A stretch of 64,000 bases of DNA. It comes from an uncultured Fibrobacterota bacterium (GTDB lineage: Bacteria > Fibrobacterota > Chitinivibrionia > Chitinivibrionales > FEN-1185). The notes beneath the pieces were generated by a model. That model was not told where the DNA came from. It made no database searches and saw nothing but the letters and a program-made list of their open reading frames with translations. How positions within the stretch are numbered: the stretch's first letter is position 1; the number at the start of each line of letters is the position of its first letter. The position numbers were made by a program, and so were the translations under genes. Location of the stretch: positions 32,001 through 96,000 of the forward strand of contig CAVSQB010000019.1 of NCBI GenBank assembly GCA_963729895.1, in the 5' to 3' direction. Shown here in pieces: positions 50,101 through 59,883 of the stretch.

Positions 50101-51246
50101 CTACATGGCCTGGACAAGAAGCGTCACGCGCAGGCCGGTAACGCCCGACACGGCGACGCTGCCGGCACCCGATTTCAGCTTGAACCCGTCGATGCGCGTG
50201 CAGAAGCCGTTGGCATTGCCTTTGTACTGTATGTCTACCATGAGGAGTTTGCTCTGCATGTCCCAGTTGCGCTCGTGAACCGCGTTCACGTTGGGCACCC
50301 ACTGGAGAGTCTGGATCAGGTCGTTTTTAAGGCGGAACGTGGAGACCCCGCCGATCGTGACGGTAAGGGTAATGCCGTTGTTCTGCTGACCCTGCCATTC
50401 CTTTATTATTCTTTCGAGCAGGTCTTTGATTGCTTTTTGAGACGCTTTGGTAATCGCCTGCGAGCCGGCGCTGCTCGCGCTGATGTGCACCATGGCCGCG
50501 TGGGCCGCGGCGGTGCCGATGATGCTTCCCGTGGAGCAATTGATGGCCCTGAGCGTGACATCGGCCTGCGCCGAAACCATGCCTCCCAGGTTCTGGCTTA
50601 CGTTGTTGGCTTGCCTGCTCACGGCTGTGCCCGTAATGATCACTTCCGCGCCGTTCTGGGAGCCAAGCTGGGCCGCGGCAGCGGCGTCGCCCGCGAGGGT
50701 AGCCATTTTCTCCTGCGACGCCCTGACGGAGGCGCTCGCCTTGGGGTCGATGAGCTCGAATTCGTACGGGTCTTTAAGGAACTGGAGAATGGCCGTCTCC
50801 GCTGCCGAATTGGTGGGCTCGGCGTTGCCGATGTTGTTTTCGTCGATGACCACCATGGTCCTGGGTTTGTTCATTGACTCAATGAGAATATGAAACGCGG
50901 CCAGGTCCTGGTTTATGGAACTCCTCGAGAGCACAGCCCTGATCTTCACTTCAAAGAACCCGTTGTCGGTCTTGCCTTCCGATATCTTCTCGTAGCTTTT
51001 TACCGACCCCATGGTCTTTGTAACTATCTGGTCCCGTTTTACCTGAAAATTTTCGATTTCCGTCTGGGAAAGCAGGATGGTGCCGATGCCCTTTTCAATG
51101 GCATTTCTCTTGGCGGCAATGAGCGCCTCTTCGGCATTTGCCCCTTCTCCGCTTCCCTCGGCCACAATGTTTTCCTCGTCGGCTGCGTACGATGCCGCTC
51201 CAAGAAACAGCAGAAAGCCCGCGCACAACGCCAGTGTTTTCCCCAT
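50101..51246 (-). CDS. Exported protein with FlgT-N-like and CsgG-like domains
   Basis: AAGGAGG RBS, signal peptide, AEGSG..AEEALIAAKRNAIE, GAEVIITG and TLRAINCSTG. Confidence 0.65.
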   Translation of the reverse strand: MGKTLALCAGFLLFLGAASYAADEENIVAEGSGEGANAEEALIAAKRNAIEKGIGTILLSQTEIENFQVKRDQIVTKTMGSVKSYEKISEGKTDNGFFEVKIRAVLSRSSINQDLAAFHILIESMNKPRTMVVIDENNIGNAEPTNSAAETAILQFLKDPYEFELIDPKASASVRASQEKMATLAGDAAAAAQLGSQNGAEVIITGTAVSRQANNVSQNLGGMVSAQADVTLRAINCSTGSIIGTAAAHAAMVHISASSAGSQAITKASQKAIKDLLERIIKEWQGQQNNGITLTVTIGGVSTFRLKNDLIQTLQWVPNVNAVHERNWDMQSKLLMVDIQYKGNANGFCTRIDGFKLKSGAGSVAVSGVTGLRVTLLVQAM

Positions 51247-51510
51247 GGCCGCTCCTCCTTTAGTCCCGGACACAACTTTCAAATATGAATATATATTATC
51301 TCAGAACTGGCAGTCCGGTGTCAATGGCTTCGGTTACGACCTCACCCGTTTCCCCTCTCCCGCAAAGACAGGGGAAAACGGCAAAGCAGTTGCTTTTGCA
51401 CGGTCAATCATGTTACAATACTAGTAAGGAACAGGAGGGGCAGAGCGATAAATCTCTGCCCTTGACCTATAGGCTTGCCGACAATTCTAAGCGCTTAACA
51501 AGAGAAAATC

Positions 51511-54500
51511 ATGAACCCCTATGCATTCTTATCGCTCCTCGGGTTTGTTCTTTGTCTCTCCCTTGGAGCGTTTGTGTTATCGCGAAACCCAAGGCACTAC
51601 ATCAACGGGATGTTCATGGTGTTATGCGTTTCTTTTGCGTATTGGGGGTTTACCGAATACGGGTTGCGCCAGTCCGGATCATTCGGCGAAGCCGCATTCT
51701 GGCTCAGCCTGTTCACGCTGTGGCACCTGTCCCTGGCCATACTGCTCCATTTCACCCTGGTGTTCACCGAAAAGAAGCGCCTGTTGCAAAACCCGTTGAC
51801 CTTTGCAGCCCTCTACGCGCCTGCAGTTGCGTTCATTATTCTTGATTTCTGGAAACCTTTCATGCTCGGGTCGCCCGTCAAGGTATATTGGGGATGGACG
51901 TACACCATCGAGAGGAACACCCTCTATACCATCGATGTGTTATGGGTGTTTGCCATGGGGATTGCGGTGGCGGTCCTTGCGGTCCGGTATTTCTTTTCCG
52001 TTAAGGACCGCATCAAAAAGAAGCAGGCAAAGTATGTTGCGCTGGGACTTCTTATCCCCGTTGTCACCGGCCTCGGCACCTACCTCGCAGAGGTGGGGAC
52101 CGGCCGCCAGGTCCCGGAGTTCACCACAAGCACCTTCGTGCTTGCTGCCATGCTCGTCGGCTACGGCATCTGGAAACACCGGCTGTTTGCGTTTACGCCT
52201 GCAACTGCCGCGGAGAATATCATTTCGACGATGACCGACGGCCTCATCATCGTCAACAACGAAGACGCGATCCGCATGGTAAACGATGCGGCGTGCAGAA
52301 TGCTTTCCGCTTCCAGAGCCGATCTCATGGGAAAACCTCTCGGTTCGATTCTTTCCGACGCAGGGCCAAACCCGGCGCTTTCTGATAGAACCTGGTTCTC
52401 CACCATGCTGTCCGCTGGGTGCATCTCCGACATCCATGTGTCGCTTGCGGCCTCGGACGGCCGCGTGGTGCCGGCGTCGATGTCGGCCTCCACGCTCAAG
52501 GACGACGGCAACGAGATCGTCGGCATGGTGCTCATCTGCCGCGACATCACGGACCGCAGGCGGGCCGAGGAGGCGCTCCGTGCCGCTCACGACGAACTCG
52601 AAACCACGGTCGCCCGGCGCACCGCGGAGCTCGAGCAGCGCAGCGATGAACTCAGGCTTGAGCTCGCCAACAGGATGATGGCCGAAGAAGAGGTGAGAAA
52701 CAGCGAAAAGCGCTACCGCGGGATTGTAGAAGACCACACGGAACTCATCTGCCGCTTCCTGCCCGACACCACACTCACTTTTGTCAATTCGGCCCTGTGC
52801 CGGTACTTCGGCGTAGAGCAGCCAACCCTGGTGGGCAACCCCTTTTTGCCCCTTATCGCAAAGACGGAGCAGGCCGAATTTATGGAGCACCTTGCCGGGT
52901 GCGCGCGCAACAACAAGGCTGCGCCGTTCGAATGCCGCGTGCGCGCCAGGGACGGCGCGGTGCGGTGGCAGCAGCTTATCGTACGGCCCCTGTACGACGA
53001 GTCCGTGACGCTTGCGGAATTCCAGGCCGTGGGCGTAGACATCACCGACCGCAAGGCGGCGGAGGACGCGCTTGAAGCCGAAAAGGAGCGTCTTCTGGTG
53101 ACGCTTGCCAGCATCGGCGACGGCGTCATCACCACCGACACATCGGGAAAGGTTCTGCTCGTGAACAGCGTCGCGGAGCGGCTTACAGGATGGTCTCAGG
53201 CCGAAGCCGCGGGACGGCACATTGACGAATGCCTTTACCTGGTGGACGAGCGGTCCTTGTCGCGCCGCCCGAACCCCGCAGGGGTGATACGTGACACCCG
53301 GGACATTGTCTCCTTCGACGAAGACACGATCCTTGTGACGCGGGACGGCGCCCGGCGCACGGTCTCCTGCGTGGGGGCTCCCATCAAGGAGAAGCAGGGG
53401 CGCGTCATCGGCATGGTGCTGGCGCTGCGCGACAGCACGGACCGCCGCGCCCTCGAAAACGAGCTGTTCAAGGCGCGCAAGCTGGAATCAATGGGGGTCC
53501 TTGCCGCGGGCATCGCCAACGACTTCAGCGTGATCCTGTCCGAAATCATCACGCACCTCTTTGCCGCCAAGATCTACCTGAAGGCGGGCGATGAGGCCTA
53601 CCGCTCCATTACAAACGCGGAAGCGGCCGCGTTCCGCGCAAGCCGCCTTACAAAACAGCTGCTCACCTTCTCCAAGGGCGGCGCTCCTGTCAAGGAGCGC
53701 GCCTCAATCAAGACCCTTATTGAGGATTCGGTGGGCTTTTCGCTGTCGGGTTCCAAGGCCACTTACCGGCTCGACCTTCCCGACAACCTGCCGCCGCTCG
53801 ACATCGACCGGGGCCAAATCGACCAGGCCCTGAGCAATCTGGTGGTAAACGCGGACCAGGCGATGCAGGACGGCGGCACCATAACCATCAGCGCGCGGAA
53901 CATCACCATCGGCGCGAACAGCGAGCGGGCGGACACCCACCTCGTACGGGCCACCAACCTTGAGCCGGGCACGTATGTCTGCATTTCGGTAAAGGACGAG
54001 GGCGTGGGCATTGCCTTGGAAAACCTGGAAAAGATATTCGACCCGTACTTTACGACAAAGCCGAACTGCAACGGGCTCGGACTTGCAACCACGTACTCCA
54101 TTATCAAGAAGCACAACGGGTACATCACCGTGAGTTCGGGTCCCAGCCAGGGCTCGGTGTTCAGCGTGTATCTGCCTGCGGGAGCCGCAAAAAACGACGA
54201 GGCCCCCTCACAGGCGCACCGTGCGGGAAAAATCCGTCTCCTTGTTCTTGACGCGGACGATTCGATCCGGGAATCGGCCGGCGACCTGTTCGGGAAGTTC
54301 GGATGCGAGGCGGATTATGCGGCGCAATGGGACGAGCTCTTTGCCCGGTACAGAACGTCGATGGGATCGTCCAATGCGTTTACGGCGGTCCTTGTCGGCT
54401 GGGACCCGGGATGCGAGGACTACTTGCGCATGCTCGTGAGCATGGACGCCGCGGCACGCGTGATTGTCTGCGGCTGCGGCCCGCGGCTGCCGGACGCCGC

Positions 54501-54615
54501 CGGCCAAAACCGCATGGGCATAGCAGGCAGCGTTTCAAAGCCCTTTACCATTGAGGAATTAAGCGAGGCCTTGCAGAAAGCGGTGAAGGGAAAGGCGGCG
54601 GCGACGGCCACATAG
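51511..54615 (+). CDS. Hybrid sensor-kinase-like protein: 7TM sensor, three PAS domains, HisKA-like, HATPase, degenerate receiver
   Basis: Seven hydrophobic helices; RDITDR/VDITDRK/RDSTDR PAS ends; NLVVNA, DEGVGI, IFDPYFTTK and GLGL boxes; H box reads GIANDF. Confidence 0.88.
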   Translation: MNPYAFLSLLGFVLCLSLGAFVLSRNPRHYINGMFMVLCVSFAYWGFTEYGLRQSGSFGEAAFWLSLFTLWHLSLAILLHFTLVFTEKKRLLQNPLTFAALYAPAVAFIILDFWKPFMLGSPVKVYWGWTYTIERNTLYTIDVLWVFAMGIAVAVLAVRYFFSVKDRIKKKQAKYVALGLLIPVVTGLGTYLAEVGTGRQVPEFTTSTFVLAAMLVGYGIWKHRLFAFTPATAAENIISTMTDGLIIVNNEDAIRMVNDAACRMLSASRADLMGKPLGSILSDAGPNPALSDRTWFSTMLSAGCISDIHVSLAASDGRVVPASMSASTLKDDGNEIVGMVLICRDITDRRRAEEALRAAHDELETTVARRTAELEQRSDELRLELANRMMAEEEVRNSEKRYRGIVEDHTELICRFLPDTTLTFVNSALCRYFGVEQPTLVGNPFLPLIAKTEQAEFMEHLAGCARNNKAAPFECRVRARDGAVRWQQLIVRPLYDESVTLAEFQAVGVDITDRKAAEDALEAEKERLLVTLASIGDGVITTDTSGKVLLVNSVAERLTGWSQAEAAGRHIDECLYLVDERSLSRRPNPAGVIRDTRDIVSFDEDTILVTRDGARRTVSCVGAPIKEKQGRVIGMVLALRDSTDRRALENELFKARKLESMGVLAAGIANDFSVILSEIITHLFAAKIYLKAGDEAYRSITNAEAAAFRASRLTKQLLTFSKGGAPVKERASIKTLIEDSVGFSLSGSKATYRLDLPDNLPPLDIDRGQIDQALSNLVVNADQAMQDGGTITISARNITIGANSERADTHLVRATNLEPGTYVCISVKDEGVGIALENLEKIFDPYFTTKPNCNGLGLATTYSIIKKHNGYITVSSGPSQGSVFSVYLPAGAAKNDEAPSQAHRAGKIRLLVLDADDSIRESAGDLFGKFGCEADYAAQWDELFARYRTSMGSSNAFTAVLVGWDPGCEDYLRMLVSMDAAARVIVCGCGPRLPDAAGQNRMGIAGSVSKPFTIEELSEALQKAVKGKAAATAT

Positions 54616-54689
54616 TTATGAGCCGGATCCGACGCCGCCCCGCCACCGGTGGGAGAGAAAAAAATGGGGTGAGTCGATACTGTGCCCTA

Positions 54690-54735
54690 ACCTCACCCCG
54701 GCCTTCGGCCACCCCTCTCCCCTGGGGAGAGGGGA
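54690..54735. repeat. REP-like hairpin CCTCACCCC...CCCCTCTCCC/GGGAGAGGGG
   Basis: Lies between convergent genes; related sequences at about 51338-51378 and 60905-60939. Confidence 0.6.
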
Positions 54736-54755
54736 ATCAAGACAGAACCGGATCC

Positions 54756-55964
54756 TCAGAAACCCTGCAACCCGCAGCACCGTGTGCACACCGGCATCAG
54801 CCCCTTCTGCATTTCGCGTCTGAAAAGCCTGAACTTCTCGCCGTTCCAGATGTCGTAGAACGGCTGGTCGTTGATGTTGCCCGCGGTGTAATCCTGATAA
54901 TCGCGGCAGGGAGTCACGCGGCCGTCAGGAGAGATTTCCGCGATAAAGTAAATGCTCTCGCAGCTCGGGTAGCCGCAGTGCCAAGTGTGATCGGAGTAGT
55001 AGCGCCTGATGTCTTTTTCGGAGGTGATGTCCGGCAGGAATTGCGGCACCGACGGGCGGCCCCGGGAGATCTTTATCACTTCCGCGATTTGCGAAGCGGT
55101 AATCGCCGGGTCAACGTCGTTGAAGCACGATTTAAGGTACCCGCGGTGGTTTCTGGGTTTGTAACCGAACCGCTCCTCAAACACCTTTTCGTGGAGCGCG
55201 GAGCGCTCCTCGGTGATGAACCAGCCGAAGTAGAACGGATGGAGCTGCGTTGTGCCGACAACCAGCCTGTGGATATCGGCAAGGTGCATGTAGTTGTCGT
55301 TTGAAATCACGCTGATGGGAATGATGAGCGGGAAGCGGAGATTCTTTTTCCGCTTGATATCGTGCACCTTGTCGATGATCGCCATGGTCTTCTCGAAATT
55401 CTCTGACGGCTTGCCGCTTGCAGGCGAGCGCATCAGGTTCTGCGACTTCGCGTCCCAGCCGTCGAGGCTGAGGAACAGTACCGATAGCGAGCCCGTGGCG
55501 ATAAGGTCGCCGATGATCGGATCGAGCGCCTGGGCGTTGGTGACGATGGAGCCGAGCAGTTTGTATTTCGCCATTTCCCGGAACAGCGGCACCAGCGGCT
55601 TCCACATGGTAGGCTCGCCGCCCCAGATGTAATAATACGGCTTGTCGCGCCGCGTCTCGAACACGACACGCTTGACAATATCGAAATCGAGCTGTTGGAG
55701 TTTTTCGCCTCTCGCAAGCTTGGCCGTGAGGTGGCCGTTTTCGCCCCACTGGCCGCACGACCGGCACCGCAGGTTGCACACTTCGTTGACGCGAAGCGAA
55801 ATCTGGCCCACCGGGATGTCTTTGTGCCACGCGTGCGGGACCAGGTATTTGCGCACCTGGTGCGGCAGCATGTGCCAGTAGCTGAGGGAGGTGAGGAGCG
55901 AAGGGGCAATTGAGTTCATCACAAACCGGGCGGGAAGTAATGCTTTTCCGTGGAATTTTGCCAT
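54756..55964 (-). CDS. Radical SAM protein with SPASM/twitch domain
   Basis: CNLRCRSC, WGGEP, LSLDG, and C-terminal DGRVTPC...GNI...CTRCC. Confidence 0.9.
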   Translation of the reverse strand: MAKFHGKALLPARFVMNSIAPSLLTSLSYWHMLPHQVRKYLVPHAWHKDIPVGQISLRVNEVCNLRCRSCGQWGENGHLTAKLARGEKLQQLDFDIVKRVVFETRRDKPYYYIWGGEPTMWKPLVPLFREMAKYKLLGSIVTNAQALDPIIGDLIATGSLSVLFLSLDGWDAKSQNLMRSPASGKPSENFEKTMAIIDKVHDIKRKKNLRFPLIIPISVISNDNYMHLADIHRLVVGTTQLHPFYFGWFITEERSALHEKVFEERFGYKPRNHRGYLKSCFNDVDPAITASQIAEVIKISRGRPSVPQFLPDITSEKDIRRYYSDHTWHCGYPSCESIYFIAEISPDGRVTPCRDYQDYTAGNINDQPFYDIWNGEKFRLFRREMQKGLMPVCTRCCGLQGF

Positions 55965-55997
55965 GATATGTCTTCTTTCTTTATTACAAGGGGAATC

Positions 55998-56136
55998 TGG
56001 GCGTTCCCTTCGCTTCGCTCCGGTCGGCCCTCCTTCCGGGCTCTGCCTTCGGCTTCGGCGCCGGATCGCCCCAATGCCTATCGGCGGGGTCGACCGGCGC
56101 TGCGCTCCAGCGTACCGCTCCAGTCCTGCCTAACGC
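55998..56136 (-). repeat. Structured intergenic element, copy D
   Basis: Reverse complement GCGTTAGGCAGGACTGGAG...GGAGGGCCGACC...AGGGAACGCCCA. Confidence 0.85.
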
Positions 56137-56181
56137 GGAAGAAAAAGAACAGATAAAATATTTGCTGCCTGTTATTATTTC

Positions 56182-58107
56182 TCACATTTCACCGAATTCG
56201 GTTAGCTTGCCCTGCAATTCCTCCCACTCGACCACGAGCTTTTCGTTCTTCTTTTTGAGCGTCTCGAACGTCATTGCCGTGTCGTGAAGAAGGCCGTAGT
56301 TGGTCGCGTTTGAAGGATTGTTGAGAACCTCGTCCGCGGACTTCATTTCCGTTTCCGCGGCATTGATGTCCTTTTCGAGTCTCTCGATTTTCCGCTGGGT
56401 CTGCCGTCGTTCTTCTTTCTTCCTGATCCGGTCCTGTTTGGAATCAAGAGCCGACGACGCCTGTTTCTTGTCGGCGGGACCGGCCTCGCCGTCCTGCATG
56501 TACCCGGCCTCAAGGAACGACCGGTACTGCGAAATGGTGCCGGGAAAGTCCCGCACCACGCCGGGCCGCATTTCGATCACGCGGCTTGCTATCTGGGAAA
56601 TAAAGTACTCGTTGTGCGACACAAACACAACGGTGCCGGCGTAATCGGCAAGCGCGTCCGTGAGGATTTCCACGGCCTGCATGTCGAGGTGGTTGGTGGG
56701 TTCGTCGAGCACAAGCACATTGCCGGGCCGCGAAAGAATGGTGGCCAGAACCAGCCGCGAGGTTTCGCCGCCGGACAATACCTTCACCCTCTTGAGGACG
56801 TCGTCGCCGGAAAAAAGAAAGGCGCCCAGCACGTTCTGGATGAAGGTCCTGTCGCCGGAGCCGCTCGCCTGCTGGATGGTTTCGAACAGGGTGCGCTCGG
56901 GGTCGAGCTGCTCCAGCTGGTGCTGGCCGAAGTACCTGATGTCCGCATTGTGCCCCACGACGCAGGCGCCGGCGACAGGGCGAACGAGGCCTGCAAGCAC
57001 CTTGAGCAGGGTTGTTTTTCCGGCGCCGTTCGGCCCCACAACCGCGACTTTGTCGCCGCGGGTAATGGTGAGGCTTATCCTTGAAAACACCGGTACGCCG
57101 TTGTACGCCGTGGAAACATTCTCAAGCTTGAACGGCACCCCGCCGCCCGGACTCGGCGCGGGGAACCTGAAGCGGAGCGTTTTCTGGACCTGGGGAATGC
57201 CGGGCAGCTGCTCTTTGAGATCTTCCACGAATTTTATCCGTGACTGAACCTGCGACGCCTTGGTCGCTTTGGCCCGGAACCGCTCGATGAACCGTTCCTT
57301 TTGCGCAATCTGGCGCTCCAGGTTGGCGCGCGTGCTTTGCTCCGACCTTTCCCGCTCGGCCTTGTACACCAGGTAGGCGTCGTAGGCGCCTTTGTACACC
57401 GTGATGTTCCCGGCGTGCAGCTCCGCGGTGACGGCCGTGGCGCGGTTGAGAAAATCGCGGTCGTGGCTCACCACGATCAGGCCGCCGCGGTAGCGCCGCA
57501 AGAAAGACTCGAGCCACACCAGGGAATCCATGTCGAGATGGTTGGTGGGCTCGTCGAGAAGCAGCATGGACGGCGAGAGCAGCAGCAGCCGCGCGAGCAT
57601 GACGCGCATGCGGTATCCGCCCGACAGGTCCTGCACCGGCCCTTCCCATTTGTCGGCGGGCACGCCCAGGCCGGCCAGGATGGCCTTGGCCCGCGAGGCG
57701 AGCGAAAAGGCGTCCACGTACTCGATCTCGGCCTGCAGCGCATCTATCGTGTCGAGTGCCCGCTTGACGTGCCGGTGGTCTCCCCCGGATGCCGACCGTG
57801 AAGCGGCCTCATACACGTCTTCGTAGGACAGGAGGCGCGAAAACGGTTCGAGCACGATTTCGAGCGGGCTGGCGTCGCGCACCGTTTCCACTTCCTGGGC
57901 CAGATACCCCACGCTGGTGCCTGCGCTCACCGACACGACGCCGCCGTCCGGTTCGTCTTTTCCCACGATGAGCCTGAGCAGGGATGTTTTGCCCGTGCCG
58001 TTTCTTCCGACGAGCGCCACCCGGTCGTCGTCGTAGAAGGAGACGTTCAGGTTGTCGAATACGATCTGGCTGGAGTATTGCTTTCGCACTCCGGTGAGGG
58101 AAATCAT
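56182..58107 (-). CDS. ABC-F family ATPase with C-terminal coiled coil
   Basis: Two ABC domains (GRNGTGKT, LSGG, LDEPTNHLD twice), linker KATKASQVQSR, no TM segments. Confidence 0.93.
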   Translation of the reverse strand: MISLTGVRKQYSSQIVFDNLNVSFYDDDRVALVGRNGTGKTSLLRLIVGKDEPDGGVVSVSAGTSVGYLAQEVETVRDASPLEIVLEPFSRLLSYEDVYEAASRSASGGDHRHVKRALDTIDALQAEIEYVDAFSLASRAKAILAGLGVPADKWEGPVQDLSGGYRMRVMLARLLLLSPSMLLLDEPTNHLDMDSLVWLESFLRRYRGGLIVVSHDRDFLNRATAVTAELHAGNITVYKGAYDAYLVYKAERERSEQSTRANLERQIAQKERFIERFRAKATKASQVQSRIKFVEDLKEQLPGIPQVQKTLRFRFPAPSPGGGVPFKLENVSTAYNGVPVFSRISLTITRGDKVAVVGPNGAGKTTLLKVLAGLVRPVAGACVVGHNADIRYFGQHQLEQLDPERTLFETIQQASGSGDRTFIQNVLGAFLFSGDDVLKRVKVLSGGETSRLVLATILSRPGNVLVLDEPTNHLDMQAVEILTDALADYAGTVVFVSHNEYFISQIASRVIEMRPGVVRDFPGTISQYRSFLEAGYMQDGEAGPADKKQASSALDSKQDRIRKKEERRQTQRKIERLEKDINAAETEMKSADEVLNNPSNATNYGLLHDTAMTFETLKKKNEKLVVEWEELQGKLTEFGEM

Positions 58108-58277
58108 AATCAGGGAAAAATACTTTTTCGGCTCTGCACTCCCGGCAACAAATGCGGGAAACAGCATGTTCCTCGAAAGGGTGCTTTCCCCAGCAGAGTC
58201 GGGAGTTCTCACTATCGTTTCATAAGGGCATGGTAGTGGTGCTTCGCACCATGCATTATGTCGTTTGCCCTTTCACT

Positions 58278-58390
58278 CCCGAGCCCCGACCAAAGGGTGC
58301 TCAGCAGCGAGCACCCCTTGGAACCCCACGCCGGCCCGCAGGGAGAACCGACCCTTGCCTTCGTCAAGACGAAGGCAAGGGGAACGCCCG
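58278..58390 (+). repeat. Structured intergenic element, copy E (short form, altered 5' part)
   Basis: GCCCGCAGGGAGAACCGACCC-TTGCCTTCGTCAAGACGAAGGCAA-GGGGAACGCCC. Confidence 0.75.
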
Positions 58391-58442
58391 GCATCTCTCC
58401 TTCTTATTGTTAGCAGGGACACCCATGCGTATCTTTTTTAAT

Positions 58443-58457
58443 TGCAACTGACTTGCA
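58443..58457. promoter_or_regulatory. Candidate Fur-family (Zur) operator TGCAA-N5-TTGCA
   Basis: Palindrome 41 nt upstream of the Fur-family gene heading a Zn-uptake operon. Confidence 0.55.
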
Positions 58458-58498
58458 TTTGCATTAGTTTCTCTTTATCATCCGGCGAAGGGAATACT

Positions 58499-58936
58499 AT
58501 GGGCCGCGCCATCCTGCCCACGACTGCCGAAAAACGAGCCGCATTGCTTCTGGCACAGCGGGGACTCAAGAAAACCGCAAGCCGAGTCAGCGTGCTCGGG
58601 CTCCTGCTTTCCACAAGAAAGCCCCTGAGCCATGGCGAAATCACCGGGGCGATTCCCGGCCTCGACGGGGTGACGGTATACCGCGTGCTGTCGTCCTTTC
58701 TTGACAAAAGCATTGCACACCGGATAGAAACCGAGGGCCATGTCTGGCATTTTGCCGTGTGCCCCTGCGGCCACACGTCGCATTGCCACCCGCATTTTTC
58801 CTGCCGCAAGTGCGGAAAAATCGAGTGCCTTTCCGGCGTGAAGCTGCCCCGCTGGAACCGCGCCAGGACCGGCCGCGTTATCGAGAACCAGGAAATCTAT
58901 CTGCACGGTTTGTGCGCGGAGTGTTCGGTGCGGTAG
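58499..58936 (+). CDS. Fur-family transcriptional repressor, probably Zur
   Basis: GLKKTASR, VTVYRVL, HPHFSCRKCG and GLCAEC; directly upstream of znuACB. Confidence 0.88.
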   Translation: MGRAILPTTAEKRAALLLAQRGLKKTASRVSVLGLLLSTRKPLSHGEITGAIPGLDGVTVYRVLSSFLDKSIAHRIETEGHVWHFAVCPCGHTSHCHPHFSCRKCGKIECLSGVKLPRWNRARTGRVIENQEIYLHGLCAECSVR

Positions 58937-58968
58937 AGAGGCGAAGCCTGCTCCATGGAGATTCCCGG

Positions 58969-59871
58969 ATGAAACAAACATGTATTCTGATTGCCGCGGC
59001 GCTCGTGTGTTTCTGCCGCGGCGCGCCGCATCACGGCCGTCCTTCACAGGAGGGAGTTACGGTCTTTGTGAGCATCCTGCCGCAGAAGTACTTTGTGGAC
59101 CGCATCAGCGGCGGACTCGTCAATTGCCTCGTGATGGTGCCGCCGGGCGCGGACCCGCATTCCTACGAGCCCCATCCGGCGCAAATGGCGCTCTTATCAA
59201 ATGCAAAGGCCTATTTCGCCATCGGCATGGAATTCGAGGCGCCGTGGCTCCCGCGACTCGCCGCGAATGCAACGGGCATGCGCATCGTGCACACCGACAG
59301 CGCCGTGCAGAAAATACCTTCCGTTGACAAAGACGACAGGCCTGCGGGACCCGGACGGACAGACGGGGGCGCCGGGCTCGATCCGCACATCTGGCTGTCC
59401 CCGGCCCTTGTCGAACGCCAGGTTCCGTTGATCGCCGCGGCCCTTGAACAAATCGACGCGGCACACGCGGATGAATACCGGAGGAACTGCGGATCGTTCT
59501 TGCAAAGCATCGATTCGCTCGATCGTGAGCTTCGCGCCGTTCTATCGTGTAGCTCGACCTGCGCGGCCGGAAGCCGCAAGGCCTTTCTCGTGTTTCATCC
59601 TTCGTGGGGCTACTTTGCAAGAGACTATTGCCTGCGGCAGGTTGCCATCGAGGTTGAAGGCAAGGAACCGGGGCCCCGGACCATGAGGAGCATTCTCGAT
59701 TCGGCGCGGATTTTCAAAATACACTCGGTCTTCGTGCAGCCGGAATTCTCGCGTACGAGCGCACAGGTTGTCGCCCGCGAGCTCGGGGCCGGCCTGATCG
59801 ACGCCGATCCGCTCGCGTACGACTGGAAAAACAACCTGCTGTACATGGCGCGAAAGATCGCGGAACAGTAA
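58969..59871 (+). CDS. znuA: Zn/Mn ABC transporter substrate-binding protein
   Basis: VSILPQKYF, PGADPHSYEP, DPHIWLSP and FHPSWGYF. Confidence 0.88.
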   Translation: MKQTCILIAAALVCFCRGAPHHGRPSQEGVTVFVSILPQKYFVDRISGGLVNCLVMVPPGADPHSYEPHPAQMALLSNAKAYFAIGMEFEAPWLPRLAANATGMRIVHTDSAVQKIPSVDKDDRPAGPGRTDGGAGLDPHIWLSPALVERQVPLIAAALEQIDAAHADEYRRNCGSFLQSIDSLDRELRAVLSCSSTCAAGSRKAFLVFHPSWGYFARDYCLRQVAIEVEGKEPGPRTMRSILDSARIFKIHSVFVQPEFSRTSAQVVARELGAGLIDADPLAYDWKNNLLYMARKIAEQ

Positions 59872-59883
59872 AGGAACGCAGCC

